Shown: positions 1 through 8,210 of the stretch, one piece after another | Layout: each line of letters starts with the position of its first letter | Numbering within the stretch: position 1 is the stretch's first letter | Virus record (IMG/VR): IMGVR_UViG_3300012007_000008 | Span: 1-64,000 of that record | Direction: 5' to 3' (one strand) | Origin: a virus | Taxonomy: Duplodnaviria > Heunggongvirae > Uroviricota > Caudoviricetes | Length of the DNA stretch: 64,000 nt | Notes under the pieces: model-generated | What the model was told of the DNA's origin: nothing | What the model saw: only the letters and a program-made list of their open reading frames with translations | Databases searched by the model: none | Made by a program: the position numbers and the translations under genes

Positions 1-50
1 AGGAGCCGCTTCATGTATGGTAAGAATGGAGAAGGGAGGATGGTGATTAG

Positions 51-302
51 ATGGATGAAGAACGCTTCAAGCGTGAATGCGAAGAAGTCAAACGGCTTGG
101 CGATCAAATCGGATATGGAAACATGATGACGATTGCATCGGCATTATGGGCGAAGATATTAATTGATAAAGGATTGACAGATAGCGGAGCGTTTTATCCA
201 ACTATTTTGTCAAACATGAAACCCGGCGATTTGACAGTTTATGCCATGAAAGAGCGGGCGACATGCCTTCAGTTGTTCAAAAAATGGGAGGGCAGCGAAT
301 GA
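51..302 (+). CDS. hypothetical small early protein
   Basis: 83-aa ORF, ATG start, overlaps the next gene as in packed phage early operons. Confidence 0.4.
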   Translation: MDEERFKRECEEVKRLGDQIGYGNMMTIASALWAKILIDKGLTDSGAFYPTILSNMKPGDLTVYAMKERATCLQLFKKWEGSE

Positions 303-532
303 GCGATAAATATCATGTCGGTCTTGGCGTATTCGGGATTTACGCCGGGACTCTCAAAAACAAGGAAGAATGGAAGGATAAAAGCGAAGTCACGAGAGAG
401 GCGATTGATGCGGTTGCAGGATTCCTCTTGATTAACGAGAAGGAAAGCCGTTTTGAGTGGCAGGGCAAGAAATATGTTATGAGGGTAGAAGAATATCAGG
501 AGGACACCGATGTTAATGTTAAGAAAGGATGA
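263..532 (+). CDS. hypothetical protein
   Basis: 89-aa ORF; its 3' end encodes the conserved AGGAGGACACCGATG junction. Confidence 0.35.
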   Translation: MPSVVQKMGGQRMSDKYHVGLGVFGIYAGTLKNKEEWKDKSEVTREAIDAVAGFLLINEKESRFEWQGKKYVMRVEEYQEDTDVNVKKG

Positions 533-759
533 GAATGATCTGCATAAGAACGGGAATGAAAAGACTCCCTGAATACTGTGAAGATTGCCAGTGGTACAGC
601 ATCAGACCGCATCCGCATAAGGGATGGTCAGAATTATGTGAGTTGATGAGTCACTGCATGGATGATGATCAGCCGGAGGAATGGATATATGACGGGAACG
701 GCAGACCGAAAGCATGTCCGTTAGTTGAGGTAAAGGAGGACACAGATGAAGATAGGTGA
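529..759 (+). CDS. hypothetical Cys/His-rich protein
   Basis: 76-aa ORF with several Cys/His pairs; a short alternative frame from ATG 509 cannot be excluded. Confidence 0.35.
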   Translation: MRMICIRTGMKRLPEYCEDCQWYSIRPHPHKGWSELCELMSHCMDDDQPEEWIYDGNGRPKACPLVEVKEDTDEDR

Positions 760-1066
760 CAGAGTTTACGTCCACGGTTATAAGGAGATAGGAATGCGAA
801 CGAAGATATTTATGATTGCCATCTTAACATTTTGCCTATTTTTAACAGGGTGCGGAGCAAAAAAGGAGTCGGTGGCAGATTTAGATGTTAGCAATAAGTC
901 AATGTTTGTCATCGTAGAAAATGGAATGGATTACGAGATAGTATATCATCGCGACACGAAAGTGATGTATGCGATTTCTTACGGCGCCTATAACGCTGGA
1001 TATTTCACGGTGATGGTTGATAAATACGGAAAACCTCTTCTTTATCAGGAGGACACAGATGATTGA
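746..1066 (+). CDS. putative lipoprotein (alternative start at 794)
   Basis: SD AAAGGAGGA then ATG at 746; internal Met at 794 begins a signal peptide with lipobox LTGC. Confidence 0.45.
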   Translation: MKIGDRVYVHGYKEIGMRTKIFMIAILTFCLFLTGCGAKKESVADLDVSNKSMFVIVENGMDYEIVYHRDTKVMYAISYGAYNAGYFTVMVDKYGKPLLYQEDTDD

Positions 1067-1214
1067 TTTTGGAACCGAAAAGAAACAGTGTTTTGATGAC
1101 AACGAAAATGGATCACTAATAATGTCTGATGACAAGTGTAACGATTGTGAACATAAATATGAGTGCAGATTTATGAAAGCTGCAATGGACGAGGTGGTTT
1201 ATGGAGATGATTGA
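1059..1214 (+). CDS. small Cys-rich protein
   Basis: ATG five nt after the repeated AGGAGGACACAGATG junction; CxxC pairs. Confidence 0.35.
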   Translation: MIDFGTEKKQCFDDNENGSLIMSDDKCNDCEHKYECRFMKAAMDEVVYGDD

Positions 1215-1440
1215 CCGACAGGCGGCGATTGATTTATGGGAGAAATACCATCCCACAATATCCGTAGATGCGATGCAATATGATGCGGAATTAAGGCAGT
1301 TGCCACCCGCACAGCCTGAGCGGAAGAAAAGAAGATGGATAGTCTATTATGAATGTCCTAAGTGTGGTGAAATCACAAAGGATTTTACGGAATATTGTCC
1401 GTTTTGTAATGCTGATATGAGAGGTGAGAAAGATGGATGA
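1201..1440 (+). CDS. zinc-ribbon protein
   Basis: CPKCG...CPFC motif; N-terminal RQAAID motif shared with the next gene. Confidence 0.4.
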   Translation: MEMIDRQAAIDLWEKYHPTISVDAMQYDAELRQLPPAQPERKKRRWIVYYECPKCGEITKDFTEYCPFCNADMRGEKDG

Positions 1441-1909
1441 TTATATCAGCAGACAAGCGGCGATTGATGCGCTTGGTGAAGAACCAGAAGTGTGGACGGA
1501 AAATGATGAATATGCGCAAGGATTGAATAATCAGTGGTGGTATGATGTTAATGCACTTAAAGCATTGCAATCCGCACAGCCTGACACATATGAAGCCCTA
1601 CGGATATTAGATGCCATACGTTCAAGTGGAAGACTTGATTATGGTGATTATTGTGATCTACATGATGCAATCTCGGAGATTGGAGGGTGCAAAGAGGATG
1701 CAGTTGAACCTTATAAGGTCGGCCACTGGGTTGAAGTCCATGGCTATGTGACCCCGGGTGGTGATCCGGTCTGGGCTTGCTCTGAATGCGGAAAGGGCAT
1801 CCATGTGTACGGTATCGAACATGGGACTTATGGTGCGGATGTTTCCGATGGTCAGTGGGTAAGCTGCCCGAATTGTGGGACTGTAATGATAAACGAGAAA
1901 GGAAATTGA
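1424..1909 (+). CDS. zinc-ribbon protein, N-terminal paralog of the previous gene
   Basis: SRQAAIDALG N-terminus; C-terminal CSECG...CPNCG. Confidence 0.45.
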   Translation: MRKMDDYISRQAAIDALGEEPEVWTENDEYAQGLNNQWWYDVNALKALQSAQPDTYEALRILDAIRSSGRLDYGDYCDLHDAISEIGGCKEDAVEPYKVGHWVEVHGYVTPGGDPVWACSECGKGIHVYGIEHGTYGADVSDGQWVSCPNCGTVMINEKGN

Positions 1910-1912
1910 AAT

Positions 1913-2311
1913 ATGCTATTAGGAGAAAAGATTTTCGTTGGAACTATTGCAGCAATTGAGACTGCTTTGGTAATCATAGCTCAGATAGAAGCAAGAGATT
2001 ACAGAGCCGAAGTAGAGCGCAACGGAGTTGCTCAGGTGAGAGAGTATTACTGTAATGAGCTTACTTCCGACATCTTGGAGAACCGCGGCGACGACATCAT
2101 AATCGAGAAAATCATCGGCGTCTGCGAGAACCGGAACCGAGATGGTCGTATCTTGAATGTGGCGGACCCTGAATATGACTATATTAGCTATAGGGGAGTC
2201 AAGGATGTCGACCACGGCGATGTAGTGCTGAGTGTTTGTATTTACCAGCCGGGAAACAGATATACAGATGATATTGCAGATAGGTTTGATTATATCATTT
2301 CTGCAGAGTAA
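1913..2311 (+). CDS. hypothetical protein
   Basis: 132-aa ORF followed by a terminator hairpin. Confidence 0.4.
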   Translation: MLLGEKIFVGTIAAIETALVIIAQIEARDYRAEVERNGVAQVREYYCNELTSDILENRGDDIIIEKIIGVCENRNRDGRILNVADPEYDYISYRGVKDVDHGDVVLSVCIYQPGNRYTDDIADRFDYIISAE

Positions 2312-2340
2312 AACCGAATAAAACTTAATATCTTGTTCTC

Positions 2341-2383
2341 AAAGATCTGATATTCTCAGGTCTTTTTTTATTGCCTTGGAGGT
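2341..2383 (+). terminator. intrinsic terminator
   Basis: hairpin AAGATC...GGTCTT followed by TTTTTTTATT. Confidence 0.45.
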
Positions 2384-2389
2384 GAACAT

Positions 2390-3160
2390 ATGTACGAAAA
2401 TCAGATTGTCGATGCGCGTTGGAACTTTAAGGGAAATACGAAAGTGGGCAACATTGCTACCTGGTCAACTCTTCCGTCCGACATGGTTTTTGTCTCTGAA
2501 AGATACGGCAAAGTGAAAGGGACTTGCTCAGATTGCTGCGAACATTGTGGGCATATCATAAAAGACGGAAAACGGCCGCCTTGCTATGTCTTTAAAAGTC
2601 ACAGATATCCGTCGGTGGTTGACTCTCAGGCTCGCAATACTCTTTCCATCAGGAATGATCCCGAGAAGGCGTTCCGCCAGCTCTCAGATTCTCTGAGTAG
2701 AAAGCGAAATCCGATTGTCGCTGCGCGTTTCGACCAATCCGGGGAGATCGAGAATAAAGTTCAGCATAACGGCATGTGTATGGTAGCAAGTGAGCATACA
2801 GAGACTCCTTTCTATATCTATTCTAAGAAGTATGGAGTGATAACTCCTGCTCTCGAAGCTGGTACTGTCCCTAAGAATTTCACTCATCTGTACTCGATCT
2901 GGCATGAACAAGGGATCAAGGAATTTCTTAAGGTAGCTCATCTGCCGAATGTCAAAGCATTTGTCTACTGCGATAAAAATATCGATCCCACCAACGGATG
3001 GGGCGTTGAAGAGTACGCCGCTCACGGTATCATCATTCAAACATTCTGCAAGGCATATGGAACGGACGGGAAAATGAACCATGATATCGTCTGTGAGAAG
3101 TGCAAGAAGTGTTTCAACAGAAGCAAGAAAGCAAAAGTGATTGGATGTCTATCTCATTAA
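2390..3160 (+). CDS. Cys-rich hypothetical protein
   Basis: 256-aa ORF, SD GGAGGTGA, cluster CSDCCEHCGH. Confidence 0.5.
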   Translation: MYENQIVDARWNFKGNTKVGNIATWSTLPSDMVFVSERYGKVKGTCSDCCEHCGHIIKDGKRPPCYVFKSHRYPSVVDSQARNTLSIRNDPEKAFRQLSDSLSRKRNPIVAARFDQSGEIENKVQHNGMCMVASEHTETPFYIYSKKYGVITPALEAGTVPKNFTHLYSIWHEQGIKEFLKVAHLPNVKAFVYCDKNIDPTNGWGVEEYAAHGIIIQTFCKAYGTDGKMNHDIVCEKCKKCFNRSKKAKVIGCLSH

Positions 3161-3395
3161 AGAAAGGAGGATAATTATGCGTATTAGATTTGAAACCGCG
3201 ACTCTACCTGACATTCCGGGCGGGAAAGTTCTGTTTATTCAAGGAGCGCACATAGTCGCATTTGAAGAATCAAGGATTGGAGGCAAGGATGCAACTGCTA
3301 TTTATCTGGATGGCGGGCATTGCTTTCATGTGAAAGGAAATGTTTTTGAAATAAACCGTAAATTGCAGAAACGAGGAGGTAACTATAGTGGCTGA
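3141..3395 (+). CDS. hypothetical protein
   Basis: 84-aa ORF, start overlaps upstream gene. Confidence 0.35.
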   Translation: MDVYLIKERRIIMRIRFETATLPDIPGGKVLFIQGAHIVAFEESRIGGKDATAIYLDGGHCFHVKGNVFEINRKLQKRGGNYSG

Positions 3396-3675
3396 TATAA
3401 ACAATTATTTCACGCTTGACGATATCAACGATGTTATCGAGACATTCGAAGATTTTCTCGAAAGATATAGCACGAGGATCCTGGCGTCCGATGAGGAATT
3501 GGCGGATAACGGAGAAACTCCGTACACGAATGACGCGAGGATTTACGGAACAGTATACGGAGATTTACAGGGAAGTTTGCTGGAACTATTCGAGAGAAAG
3601 GCGCTTGCCGGGAAGGTAAAGCCTGTAGTTAAAAGCTGGGAATCAGAAGTAGAAGAATGGATGGTAGAAAAATGA
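3388..3675 (+). CDS. hypothetical acidic protein
   Basis: 95-aa ORF. Confidence 0.35.
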   Translation: MADINNYFTLDDINDVIETFEDFLERYSTRILASDEELADNGETPYTNDARIYGTVYGDLQGSLLELFERKALAGKVKPVVKSWESEVEEWMVEK

Positions 3676-3995
3676 GATATGTAATACTGCAGCTTCCGCC
3701 GTCTCATAATGCGAAATATATGCATTACGACTACGTAAAGAAAAATGGATACGTGCCAAACCGGGAAGATTATGTCCTGGTTTATGTTGGACAGATGTGG
3801 GGAGAAAGCAGAGATGTAGAAAGCGAACTGGAACATATTTTCTGTAGACTCAACGCAGATGATCGGACCTATGACTATAGAGTTTGGAGTCCGTCAGTTA
3901 GCGATGTGATTGGTTTAGAAACCGCAAATGATCAATGGGAGTTTTATTACATAGACATGATCGGATTTAAGAAAATTTGGGAGGAAAACTTATGA
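3657..3995 (+). CDS. hypothetical protein
   Basis: 112-aa ORF. Confidence 0.4.
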   Translation: MDGRKMRYVILQLPPSHNAKYMHYDYVKKNGYVPNREDYVLVYVGQMWGESRDVESELEHIFCRLNADDRTYDYRVWSPSVSDVIGLETANDQWEFYYIDMIGFKKIWEENL

Positions 3996-4198
3996 AATAC
4001 GAACTGATTGTTAACGGAAACACTGGTTATTATCATTTGAACATTGACGGCGTCTATGCGATAGCGACGCACAATCTTGGATTGAATTTTCAACTCTACA
4101 GGGAAAACGAAGAACATACCAAAATTGCGGAAGGGATTTTGTCTTGGGACGCCCTCGATGAATGCATGAGGTGGGAGAGAAGAAGGTTTGCGGCGTGA
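3977..4198 (+). CDS. hypothetical protein
   Basis: 73-aa ORF. Confidence 0.35.
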   Translation: MGGKLMKYELIVNGNTGYYHLNIDGVYAIATHNLGLNFQLYRENEEHTKIAEGILSWDALDECMRWERRRFAA

Positions 4199-4210
4199 AA
4201 AGAGGATGAG

Positions 4211-4444
4211 ATGAACAAATCGAGAAGAGAAAGATTGAAAGATAGTATCCCTATGATCTCAAAATTAATGGATGTTATAGAGTCAATACGAGACGAAGAG
4301 CAGGAATCGTTAGATTCGCTACCGGGCAATCTATCAGAATCTGAAAGAGCCATGAGAATGGAAGAGATTATAGATTCACTTGATGAGGCGTGTAATAATC
4401 TTGATGACATAAATGCTACTATTAATGATATAATATATGGGTAA
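4211..4444 (+). CDS. hypothetical acidic protein
   Basis: 77-aa ORF. Confidence 0.35.
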   Translation: MNKSRRERLKDSIPMISKLMDVIESIRDEEQESLDSLPGNLSESERAMRMEEIIDSLDEACNNLDDINATINDIIYG

Positions 4445-4507
4445 GGAGGTGACTTAAATCTGAATTGACCAACTAAGAAAACAAACAAATAAAGGGAGGA
4501 CATAATT

Positions 4508-4729
4508 ATGTTCAAAAAAGTTAACGGAAATATATATGAATCCGATAACGGGTATGTCGTAGAGTTTCAGACGGTCGAAGGGAGCAAAGCCGCTTTGGTC
4601 GGGAAGAAGGCGGACAACGGAAGCACGAGGTTGCTGTTTATTGTTTCTGCGGAAGGGATTACGAGAAATAAGTTTTTGACACATTTAGAAGAGAATTTTG
4701 ATCAGTATTTAGATAAATATGCTAAATAA
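4508..4729 (+). CDS. hypothetical protein
   Basis: 73-aa ORF, SD AAGGGAGGA; followed by GC hairpin GGCCGG...CCGGCC at 4750-4775. Confidence 0.4.
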   Translation: MFKKVNGNIYESDNGYVVEFQTVEGSKAALVGKKADNGSTRLLFIVSAEGITRNKFLTHLEENFDQYLDKYAK

Positions 4730-4789
4730 TGATTGAAAAACTAGGCATAGGCGGGCCGGGATTCATAGTGATTCCGGCCTAAATAATAT

Positions 4790-5782
4790 TTGGAGGTGAA
4801 TATATTGACAATCCAAACAGGGAAAGCAGAGCATAGAGCAGAATCTGTGAAGAAAATTAAGGAGATGTTAAAAGACAAGCCAGATTTCGTGACTGGGTTT
4901 TATTATTACATGGTAAATTCAGGCAAGACCGCAAGTTATAGAACCCATGAGGCTTATTTGAAATACGTGATTTTATTCCTGAAAGATATAGATAAAGATA
5001 TATCTACAATTAATATGGATGATATTAGCAGATATCTTGCAGGCAAAGCATATAAAGACGACGGAACGGAAACGAGCGGCAGTTATAGGGTCGCCGTTTA
5101 TAGTGCGTTGAAAAAGTTCTTTTATTACTTGAATATTAGTGGTAAAATAAATAGTAACCCAATAGAGAATATTGAACGCCCAAAACCAAAAGCAGCGAGC
5201 CTTGTAGAGAGAACTTATCTTAAGCCGGACGAGATACAAAAATGCTTTGCATATGTCGGCAAGAGAGGGGGAACCTGGGAAAAGCGGAACAAAGCGATGC
5301 TTGTTATGTATTTCGCTACAGGCATCAGAAACACATGTCTCACTGAGATAAATGTTGACAACGTAGATTTCGAGAACAGGTGCGTCTACGTTATAGACAA
5401 AGGAACGAAGCCAAACACCGTTTATCTCGATGAAGAGAAAATGAATGTCTTAAGGGAGTGGATCGCGGACAGGGCAGAAAAGATGGTCGGGCACGCTCAT
5501 ACGAATGCTTTATTTATCAATAAAGAATACAAGAGAATCGAACCGGGAGGGGCGGCTTGGGTAATTAAGAATATTACTAAGAATATCGGACACAAAATCT
5601 CTCCACATAAAGCAAGAGCCTCATTCCTCACTAATGCATATAATTCGGGTATACCGCTTGATGTGGTGTCGAAGCTCGCAAACCACTCATCAACAAAAGT
5701 AACTTCAGATTGTTATATTCAGGGTCAAGATGAAAGGGTTAAAGAAGCTGGAATCAAGGCAACTGAATATCTTAAAATCTAA
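4790..5782 (+). CDS. tyrosine recombinase/integrase (true start possibly TTG 4805)
   Basis: C-terminal catalytic signature HKARASF (HxxR), LANHSS, and Tyr in DCYIQ; N-terminal SAM-like domain. Confidence 0.8.
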   Translation: MEVNILTIQTGKAEHRAESVKKIKEMLKDKPDFVTGFYYYMVNSGKTASYRTHEAYLKYVILFLKDIDKDISTINMDDISRYLAGKAYKDDGTETSGSYRVAVYSALKKFFYYLNISGKINSNPIENIERPKPKAASLVERTYLKPDEIQKCFAYVGKRGGTWEKRNKAMLVMYFATGIRNTCLTEINVDNVDFENRCVYVIDKGTKPNTVYLDEEKMNVLREWIADRAEKMVGHAHTNALFINKEYKRIEPGGAAWVIKNITKNIGHKISPHKARASFLTNAYNSGIPLDVVSKLANHSSTKVTSDCYIQGQDERVKEAGIKATEYLKI

Positions 5783-5796
5783 AGAGAGGTGATTGT

Positions 5797-6465
5797 ATGA
5801 GTCGTTTTAATATGACGATTCTTAGTACCAAAGAGATTTTATCTGGTTTGACAGAATTAAGAACCGGAATGAAGAAAGATGAATATTTAGACAAAGAATT
5901 CTCGGCCATATTAGAAGACTCAGAGAGAAGGATAAGATCTTGTGAATGGCGTGATTATACAAAAGAGAGGCCAAAAGAAAATATAAAAGTAGTCTTCAAG
6001 ATACCAGATTCTATATTTAATTCTCGTTGGGTCGGGGATTTTTTTGAGGATGATGCGCAAATTAAGAAGGACTGCGAAGAAGATGGCTACACTTATAAAG
6101 AAGGAGAACTACTATGGAAACCGTTTGAAACAGAATCTAAACTTTCTTTTGATCTTGTTTGGCGGAAAATGTTTATCCTAGAAAAAGGATTTAATGAAGA
6201 TGAATATATGAGAAATAAATACTCGAATTTGATTACCAATATAATGGAACGTGTTAATTCTGGAGAATGGAGAAATCTTAGGGGGTATAGGCCTGTTGAA
6301 AAAATGCCTGTAATCTATAAAGCTCTATATAAACATTGTGATGATTACTATAAGTACGGAGTATCTATGTATTATCCAGATTGTAATAAGATTATGGAGA
6401 TAAGTGACAAAAATCTCTTTCGTACCATCAAATGGAAACCGCTGGAAATAGAGGAGATTATATAA
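5797..6465 (+). CDS. hypothetical protein, tandem paralog A
   Basis: 222 aa; first ~110 nt of coding sequence ~95% identical at DNA level to the paralog at 6493. Confidence 0.55.
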   Translation: MSRFNMTILSTKEILSGLTELRTGMKKDEYLDKEFSAILEDSERRIRSCEWRDYTKERPKENIKVVFKIPDSIFNSRWVGDFFEDDAQIKKDCEEDGYTYKEGELLWKPFETESKLSFDLVWRKMFILEKGFNEDEYMRNKYSNLITNIMERVNSGEWRNLRGYRPVEKMPVIYKALYKHCDDYYKYGVSMYYPDCNKIMEISDKNLFRTIKWKPLEIEEII

Positions 6466-6492
6466 TACGAGAAGATTATAAGAGGTAATAAT

Positions 6493-7146
6493 ATGACTGT
6501 TCTTAGCACAGGAGAGATTTTGTCCGGGTTAAATATGTTCAGAACCGGAATGAAGAAAGATGAATTTTTAGATAAAGAATTCTCGGCCATATTAGAAGAC
6601 TCAGAGAGAAGGATAAGGTCTTGCGAATGGCGCGATTACATGATAGAAAAGCCCGAAGAAGGCACGAAGATTATTTTCAACTGCCCTAAATATTTATATA
6701 AGAAAGCTTATTTTTATGATGTTTATAAAAATAAATGTATGATGGAACAATATGCAAAATTTAACGGCCGTACATGTAAAGAAGGAGATTTGCTATGGAA
6801 ACCATTTGAGACAGAATATAGAATTCCTTTTGAAACAGTTCAGAGAAAACTGCTTATTATGAAAAGTATATTTGACGAAGATGAGTATATGCGAAACAAA
6901 TACTCGAATTTGGTTACAAATATAATAGAGCGCGTTAATTCTGGAGAATGGAAGATCCTTAGAGAATACATACCAGTTAAAGATATGTATATAATGTTTA
7001 AGGCATTGTATAAAAATAGTGATGACCGTTGGATGTATGGTGCGTCTTTGTATGTTGCAAAACAAAATAGGATTCTGAGTGTGGAAAGAAAAATAGATTT
7101 TCAGGTTATCAAATGGAAGCCATTAGAAATAGAGGAGCTTATATAA
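6493..7146 (+). CDS. hypothetical protein, tandem paralog B
   Basis: 217 aa; shared blocks EFSAILEDSERRIRSCEWRDY, LLWKPFETE, YMRNKYSNL, WKPLEIEE. Confidence 0.55.
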   Translation: MTVLSTGEILSGLNMFRTGMKKDEFLDKEFSAILEDSERRIRSCEWRDYMIEKPEEGTKIIFNCPKYLYKKAYFYDVYKNKCMMEQYAKFNGRTCKEGDLLWKPFETEYRIPFETVQRKLLIMKSIFDEDEYMRNKYSNLVTNIIERVNSGEWKILREYIPVKDMYIMFKALYKNSDDRWMYGASLYVAKQNRILSVERKIDFQVIKWKPLEIEELI

Positions 7147-7147
7147 T

Positions 7148-7744
7148 ATGCCGGGTAATACAGAAAACAAACTATTTTGGTGTATAGTTGCCTCGTTGAT
7201 TTTAATGTTTTTAAAAGGTGGATTTGTAGTAATAGCTGTATTGTGGGCGGTCTTTTTTCTATATATGCTACCAAAAGAAATAAAGATGAAAAACCACGCA
7301 GATGAAATCGCTGAGCTTAAAAAGAATCCAAATAAATTTAAAGCTGCCTTACTAAATGCGAAGGATATTTGCGATAAAGATATACATTTTGAGAGCAGTA
7401 GAGCAAATGCCGGACATTGGTGGTTTGAAGAGTTAGATCCAGAAACACGAGAATATATACGAAAAACTCCTTATTATGATCATCGTCTCTTTAAAAAAAT
7501 AAAATCGGCAGATCAATATATAACGGACCAAGATAAAAAATATATTAAAGCAGTTGAAATGTACGGAAAAGCGAATATTGATGCCGCAATATACGCTAAA
7601 AGAATCATAAACCGCGAAGTCGTTCTGTCTGACTATGAGAAAAGAAAATGGTGGTGGGATAAACTCACTCCGGAAGAGAGACGTTTTATACAGAGACTCG
7701 GTTATTGTAAAAACCCAGCATTTGATTGTATTATGAATTATTAG
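7148..7744 (+). CDS. membrane protein
   Basis: N-terminal TM segment; ends with TAG immediately followed by TGA. Confidence 0.5.
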   Translation: MPGNTENKLFWCIVASLILMFLKGGFVVIAVLWAVFFLYMLPKEIKMKNHADEIAELKKNPNKFKAALLNAKDICDKDIHFESSRANAGHWWFEELDPETREYIRKTPYYDHRLFKKIKSADQYITDQDKKYIKAVEMYGKANIDAAIYAKRIINREVVLSDYEKRKWWWDKLTPEERRFIQRLGYCKNPAFDCIMNY

Positions 7745-7876
7745 TGAGACGATGGTATATGATCTATCATCAGAATTGCGGGAACTCAATAACTAGTAGA
7801 TGAGTTAATCTTTCAAGAAAAACTGTATTTTACAACTATAATTCGGATTACAGGATATAAATAATAGCAAGAAATT

Positions 7877-7912
7877 ACCGTGGATCCGCCGGCCGGGTTC
7901 ACGGTTTTTTGT
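7877..7912 (+). terminator. intrinsic terminator
   Basis: GC-rich hairpin ACCGTGGATCCGCCGGCCGGGTTCACGGT followed by TTTTTT. Confidence 0.55.
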
Positions 7913-7944
7913 TACAGAAAATTAAAAATCCTGTAACATTTCTC

Positions 7945-7973
7945 TTGACACGAACAAATGTTCGTATTATAGT
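7945..7973 (+). promoter_or_regulatory. sigma70-type promoter with embedded operator palindrome
   Basis: -35 TTGACA, 17-nt spacer, -10 TATAGT; spacer holds perfect inverted repeat ACGAAC-AAAT-GTTCGT (7950-7965). Confidence 0.55.
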
Positions 7974-7980
7974 GGAAAAC

Positions 7981-8075
7981 GTAAAAGAGAGATCCATTAT
8001 AGGGCCGCCACCCTAGGATCTCTCACGAGTAAGAGCTGAAACGTGCCCAGCTCGTATGTTCATCATAGCATATCT
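7981..8075 (+). promoter_or_regulatory. structured 5' leader upstream of the sigma-like gene
   Basis: nested hairpins GAGAGATCC...GGATCTCTC around TAGGGCCGCCACCCTAG, and GAGCTG...CAGCTC. Confidence 0.3.
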
Positions 8076-8210
8076 GAGCACGTCTTTTCAACTCGTAATT
8101 CTCTACTTTCTAAACGAAAATAAAGCGTTTAGTCTACTTAGTTTGTCTCTATTTTTAGAAGATATAACTATAGATCCTTTTTGTTCACCAGAAAGAAGGA
8201 GGTCGAGATA

